A program made the translations under genes and the position numbers. The notes below the pieces were generated by a model, which worked only from the letters and a program-made list of their open reading frames with translations, was not told the DNA's origin and ran no database searches. A DNA stretch of 64,000 nt from Candidatus Melainabacteria bacterium 17Bon1m. GTDB taxonomy: Bacteria; Cyanobacteriota; Vampirovibrionia; Obscuribacterales; Obscuribacteraceae. Of this stretch, positions 59,720 to 64,000 are shown piece after piece. The DNA lies in the NCBI GenBank assembly GCA_032128875.1, contig JAVLKG010000010.1, forward strand, positions 32,001 through 96,000, read 5' to 3'. Position 1 is the stretch's first letter, and each line of letters opens with the position of its first letter.

Positions 59720-61183
59720 TTACCGACTAGCTTTCGCGCTGGCGACGGGGAACCATTTGATTTCGTCGCTGGTAAAGCCGATGATTGGTTGAGTTTCAAA
59801 CTTCAGTGTGCTGGTGTTCAAGATACCGACAGTATCAGTTGCTTCGCTGGACACAAGCAAGTGCTCGCCGTCTGGCATCAATGTTATTTCGCCAGGGAAA
59901 TCCAGATCCAGAGGCAATTTGATTTCTTCGACCTTTTCTTTTGTCTTTAGGTCCAAGACCCAGATAGTGTTCTCTTTTGCGTTGGCGACAAACAATTTCG
60001 TTTCATCATTGTTCAAAGCAACACCGGTGGGCGACGTGCCGGTCGGGAATTTGTGTACAACAGCCTTCTTGTTCAAATCGACAACAGTTACAGTGTTAGC
60101 GCCTTTGCTTGCGACGAAAGCCAATTGACTGTCCTTGCTGACGGTCATGAACCCAGGAGTCGGACCGATTGGAATTGCAGCAACCATGCGCTGGGTTGCA
60201 GTATTGACGAGGGTCAAAACTCCAGCCGTAGCGTTCAATACTAGCAAGTGACTGCCGCTAGGAGTGACTGCAAGACGCCCGGGTCCGGCAGGTACTTTAG
60301 TTCTCGAAAGTACTTTACCCGAAGGAATTTCTAGTACAGCAATCTGATTGGTTGCGCTTTCGGACACATACAGCAGTTTACTTTGCTTGAGCGCTGCAAC
60401 GCCTTTCGGTGCGCACTTTGTCGGCAAATCTATCTGCCCAAGAAAAACACGTTTGGTCGGATCGAATTGAAGAATTCTATGCTTCGTTTGATCTGCAACA
60501 TAGACTATTCCGCCAAAATAGGTGATACCGCAGGGAGTGCCCTCGGTAGGAATCTCATCAATTTTCTTGAATGACTTGTCGTCGATTATCGCAAGCTTTC
60601 CGCAATTTGGTGAAGTGGCAATGACCACTCCAGCGCCACTTGCATCGGGCACAAAGTCTGCCTCTTTAGCCTGCTTCAAGATTGACAGGTCGTCGATGAT
60701 GTTGACTGCAACATCGCTGCGAATTGATTTCAGTGACAGCGGCAAGACGAATCCGTCAGGCACAAGAAGATCGGATGGAAATTTGGAAGTGAGAATGTGT
60801 TTCTTCAACTTCTCGCTCATACCATCAGGCAGTTTCAAGCTGCGATGAGGACCTTGCTGTGTGACTCTAAGAAAAGACCATCCACTGCCGAACACAATGA
60901 GATCGGGCTTTCCACTCGAAGGTAGCGCGGCTAATACCTCCTGTCCTTTGACTGGCTGAAAACCTGCAGGAGGCATTAGAGGCAAGTACAAATCACCAGC
61001 GCCGGTTTGCAACGAACCATCGAGGCGAAAGAGTTTTACCGCAGGCATATGCGTGCCGATTTGTGTTTTCAAATCCGCAGGCAAACGCGTAGCCAGCGCA
61101 AAAGGCGTAAGGGAGCACATCGCCGACACTGCTACCAAAGCAGCAACCGCGAGTCTTCCAATCCTAATGTTGCGTCTCGCCAT
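59720..61183 (-). CDS. YncE/YVTN-type beta-propeller protein
   Basis: Signal peptide and repeated P.G.A….LYV.…I.V.D blades. Start placed at MARRNI. Confidence 0.85.
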   Translation of the reverse strand: MARRNIRIGRLAVAALVAVSAMCSLTPFALATRLPADLKTQIGTHMPAVKLFRLDGSLQTGAGDLYLPLMPPAGFQPVKGQEVLAALPSSGKPDLIVFGSGWSFLRVTQQGPHRSLKLPDGMSEKLKKHILTSKFPSDLLVPDGFVLPLSLKSIRSDVAVNIIDDLSILKQAKEADFVPDASGAGVVIATSPNCGKLAIIDDKSFKKIDEIPTEGTPCGITYFGGIVYVADQTKHRILQFDPTKRVFLGQIDLPTKCAPKGVAALKQSKLLYVSESATNQIAVLEIPSGKVLSRTKVPAGPGRLAVTPSGSHLLVLNATAGVLTLVNTATQRMVAAIPIGPTPGFMTVSKDSQLAFVASKGANTVTVVDLNKKAVVHKFPTGTSPTGVALNNDETKLFVANAKENTIWVLDLKTKEKVEEIKLPLDLDFPGEITLMPDGEHLLVSSEATDTVGILNTSTLKFETQPIIGFTSDEIKWFPVASAKASR

Positions 61184-62567
61184 TTTTTGGTCTGAATGCG
61201 TCAACAATTTTGTCCAAAAAGGAGTTGTCTTTGGATTCATCCTTTTTCTTCTTAGCGCTCTTTCCTGCGTCTTTTTTCGAATCAGCTTTCTCTGACTTCG
61301 ACCCAGGAGATTCGCTAGAGGGCTTGTCCGAGCCATTATCAGCGGCTTTTTCGTTCTTCTCTTGGTTTTTGCCAGAGTCGTTCTTGTCGTTGTTTTCTTT
61401 GTGATTCTCTTTGTTAGCTTCTTCCGCCTTCGCGATGTCGGCTTTCGAGAGAGTCAGGCGCTCTCCGCGCAGCTCGGCAAGTTTTTCCAAAAGCTTCTTC
61501 TCCTCGCCGGAGAGCTTTGTCGGTGTTTCGACAAGCAAATGCACGATCTGATCGCCACGACGATTGTCTCTGCGTTGTTGTCCGGTAAAGCGCGGCACGC
61601 CCAAGTTCTTCATTGTCATCGTGGTACCGGTTTGTGTCCCGGCGTTGATTTTGAGCGGCTTGGCCCCTTCGACAGTCGGCACCAAAATTTCGCCACCGAG
61701 AGCAGCCAACGAGTAGCTGATAGGCTGACGGATGTGGATTGTTTCGCCGTCGCGAATAAATGTCTCGTGTTCTTTTATATGCAGCACAACAAAGAGGTCG
61801 CCGAACGGACCGCCCTTGCGTCCCTTATCACCGCCGGCTTGAACGCGCAGACGTGTACCCGAGTCGATGCCGGCAGGAATTTTGATTTGAAATTCTTTCT
61901 GCTTGCGGACAAGCGCTTCGCCCTTGCAATCTTTGCAGGGCTTATCGATTTTGCTGCCAGAGCCGTGGCAGGCAGGGCAAGCGATCACGCGCAGGGCTTG
62001 ACCAAAGAATGTGTTGATTACTTGCTGAACCTGACCGACTCCGGCGCAGGTGACGCAAGGTACCGGATTGCTGCCTGGCGCAGCACCCGAGCCACTGCAA
62101 GATTCGCAGTCTTCTAGGCGACGAACATTGACGGTCTTCTCTGTGCCAAATACGGCGTCGAGAAACTCGATCTCCATGTCGAACTTGAGATGGGCGCCTT
62201 GCTCAGGTCCGCCGCGACGGCCGCCGCGCATGCCGCCACCACCGCCGAAGAAGGAATCCAGCATATCGACAATATCATCCATGCCGAAGCCGGAGAAATT
62301 GCTGAAGTCGAAATTGTCGAACCCTTGACCGGCGCCTTTGACACCTTCGTGTCCATAGCGGTCGTAGTTGGCTCGCTTTTGCTGGTCAGAAAGCACTTCG
62401 TAAGCTTCTGCCAGCTCTTTGAACGCTTGCTCGTCGCCGCTGTCCTTATTGTCTGGATGCAAGTGACGTGCTTTGTTGCGGAAGGATTTTTTGATCTCTT
62501 CTGCGCTTGCGCTTTTCGGGACACCTAAAGTTTCGTAGTAATCTTTCTTGCTCGTCATAGTAGCCAT
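61164..62567 (-). CDS. dnaJ: Molecular chaperone DnaJ with a charged C-terminal tail
   Basis: J-domain HPD, G/F region, four CxxCxGxG-type repeats. Confidence 0.97.
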   Translation of the reverse strand: MATMTSKKDYYETLGVPKSASAEEIKKSFRNKARHLHPDNKDSGDEQAFKELAEAYEVLSDQQKRANYDRYGHEGVKGAGQGFDNFDFSNFSGFGMDDIVDMLDSFFGGGGGMRGGRRGGPEQGAHLKFDMEIEFLDAVFGTEKTVNVRRLEDCESCSGSGAAPGSNPVPCVTCAGVGQVQQVINTFFGQALRVIACPACHGSGSKIDKPCKDCKGEALVRKQKEFQIKIPAGIDSGTRLRVQAGGDKGRKGGPFGDLFVVLHIKEHETFIRDGETIHIRQPISYSLAALGGEILVPTVEGAKPLKINAGTQTGTTMTMKNLGVPRFTGQQRRDNRRGDQIVHLLVETPTKLSGEEKKLLEKLAELRGERLTLSKADIAKAEEANKENHKENNDKNDSGKNQEKNEKAADNGSDKPSSESPGSKSEKADSKKDAGKSAKKKKDESKDNSFLDKIVDAFRPKNGETQH

Positions 62568-62653
62568 CGTGATACCTGTTTACCTAGTTTACCCGACTAA
62601 ATTACGCATCTCAGAACGACCAATTCGGTCAATTCTCAGCATACGATTTTAAG

Positions 62654-64000
62654 TCAGGAATCGCCCCCACTAAAAGATTTCTGACGACCCGCGTCGAGCG
62701 TTTCGCCACCTTTGACCGACTTCTTTTCGTTGCCGGTAGGAACTGATTTCTTGCATTCCTGCAGAATCGTGTTGAGCGTGTTGAGCTCAGCTTTTACACT
62801 TTCAGGATTTCCGCTTTCCAACGCTTTTCTCATAACCGCGCCCGCTTTAGCGAGACGATCGAGAAGAACCGCTTCGAGAGTGGAATTCTGTTCAATAAAC
62901 TTGTCTGTTTCGCTGATCAAAGAGTCAGCCTGAATCAATAGTTCTGGCTTCAATTGACCTGGTTCGCCTAATTCGATCGGACCGGATTCCATCAATGGAT
63001 TTTTCTTCTTGGTGGTCGGAGGCACTGTCTGCCTGCCACTCGTGTGAATCGCGCGGCCCAGTTCGAGGAGTGAAACATCGAGACCGGCTTTGTGCGACTT
63101 GAGGTCTTCGAGGTTTTCTCTAACTAGCGCGTCTTTCACAGTAGCCATCGAGCGCTTAACTTTCTCAACGACAGCCTTGTCGACACGGTCGCCATATTTT
63201 TCGATAGTCCGTTCGGCTTCAGCGTAAAGTGCTTCGGCTGCGACAGTTGTAGAAACTTTTTCTTTGGTGTAGCGATCCTGATCGGCGAATTGCTCGGCTT
63301 CTTTTTGCAAAGCTTCGACTTCGTCCGGGCTGAGACCAGTGCTGCGCTGAACGGTAATTGAATGCTTGATGCCGGAGCCGTGGTCACGTGCAGAGCAATG
63401 AAGAATTCCATCAGCGTCGATATCGAAAGTGACTTCGATCTTTGGCACTCCTCGTGGTGCCGGAGGAATTCCGGTCAGATGGAATTTTGCCAGCGACATA
63501 TTGGCATTAGCGACTTCGCGCTCGCCTTGCAAAACGTGCACTTCAACTGATGTTTGACCATCTTCTGTCGTCGTAAACGTCATCGTGCGGCTGGTTGGAA
63601 TTGTAGTGTTGCGGTCAATGATTCGAGTAAACAAACCACCGGCAGTCTCAATTCCAAGCGAAAGGGGAGTGACGTCCAGAAGCAAAACGTCTTGAACATC
63701 GCCCGCCAAAATAGACGCTTGAATGGCTGCTCCGAGTGCGACTGCCTCATCGGGATTAACCGACTTAGACGGATCTTTGCCGAAGAAACGACGAATGCTG
63801 TCTTGCACAGCAGGAATACGTGTTGAGCCACCAACCAAAATGATCTGCTCGATGTTGTCCGGCGACAGTCCTGCGTCTTCGAGTGCTTGATGAAGAGGAC
63901 CAAGCGTCTGCTCAACCAGATGATGGCTTAATTCGTTGAACTTGGTGCGAGTAAGGGTGGCTTGCAAATGCCTTGGACCCGAAGCATCGGCGGTCAAGAA
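62654..64000 (-). CDS. dnaK: Molecular chaperone DnaK (5'-truncated) with an extended C-terminus
   Basis: [56 protein letters not shown]. Confidence 0.95.
   Translation of the reverse strand, partial: FLTADASGPRHLQATLTRTKFNELSHHLVEQTLGPLHQALEDAGLSPDNIEQIILVGGSTRIPAVQDSIRRFFGKDPSKSVNPDEAVALGAAIQASILAGDVQDVLLLDVTPLSLGIETAGGLFTRIIDRNTTIPTSRTMTFTTTEDGQTSVEVHVLQGEREVANANMSLAKFHLTGIPPAPRGVPKIEVTFDIDADGILHCSARDHGSGIKHSITVQRSTGLSPDEVEALQKEAEQFADQDRYTKEKVSTTVAAEALYAEAERTIEKYGDRVDKAVVEKVKRSMATVKDALVRENLEDLKSHKAGLDVSLLELGRAIHTSGRQTVPPTTKKKNPLMESGPIELGEPGQLKPELLIQADSLISETDKFIEQNSTLEAVLLDRLAKAGAVMRKALESGNPESVKAELNTLNTILQECKKSVPTGNEKKSVKGGETLDAGRQKSFSGGDS

Overview
A 64-kb bacterial chromosomal segment. 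The cyanobacterial-type RpoB, DnaB and DnaJ, the absence of photosynthesis genes, and the many PAS histidine kinases, OmpR regulators, TPR proteins and Ser/Thr kinase-LRR proteins suggest a non-photosynthetic Cyanobacteriota relative (Vampirovibrionia/Melainabacteria, probably Obscuribacterales). This is inference, not a database result. Recognisable genes: folC, a NUDIX hydrolase, beta-carbonic anhydrase, dps, an MBOAT/SGNH/GT2/GT4 polysaccharide cluster, a TauE/SafE transporter, a TrmH methylase, acs, dnaB, dnaJ and a partial dnaK. The most notable observations are: (1) a strongly diverged RpoB with an altered flap tip and a ~560-aa disordered tail, followed not by rpoC but by a VirB2/TrbC-pilin-like gene and a replication-relaxation-like gene; (2) two copies of a ~215-nt structured RNA that I cannot assign to a known family, with compensatory base changes and an intrinsic terminator; (3) an ArsC-like UxxC selenoprotein missed by the ORF track; (4) several unrelated signal-peptide-less proteins sharing an LPxL/F motif at residues 46-53, a possible export signal; (5) a family of palindromic REP-like repeats, two of them read in-frame inside the RpoB tail. 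No rRNA, tRNA, CRISPR array or intact transposase was seen.
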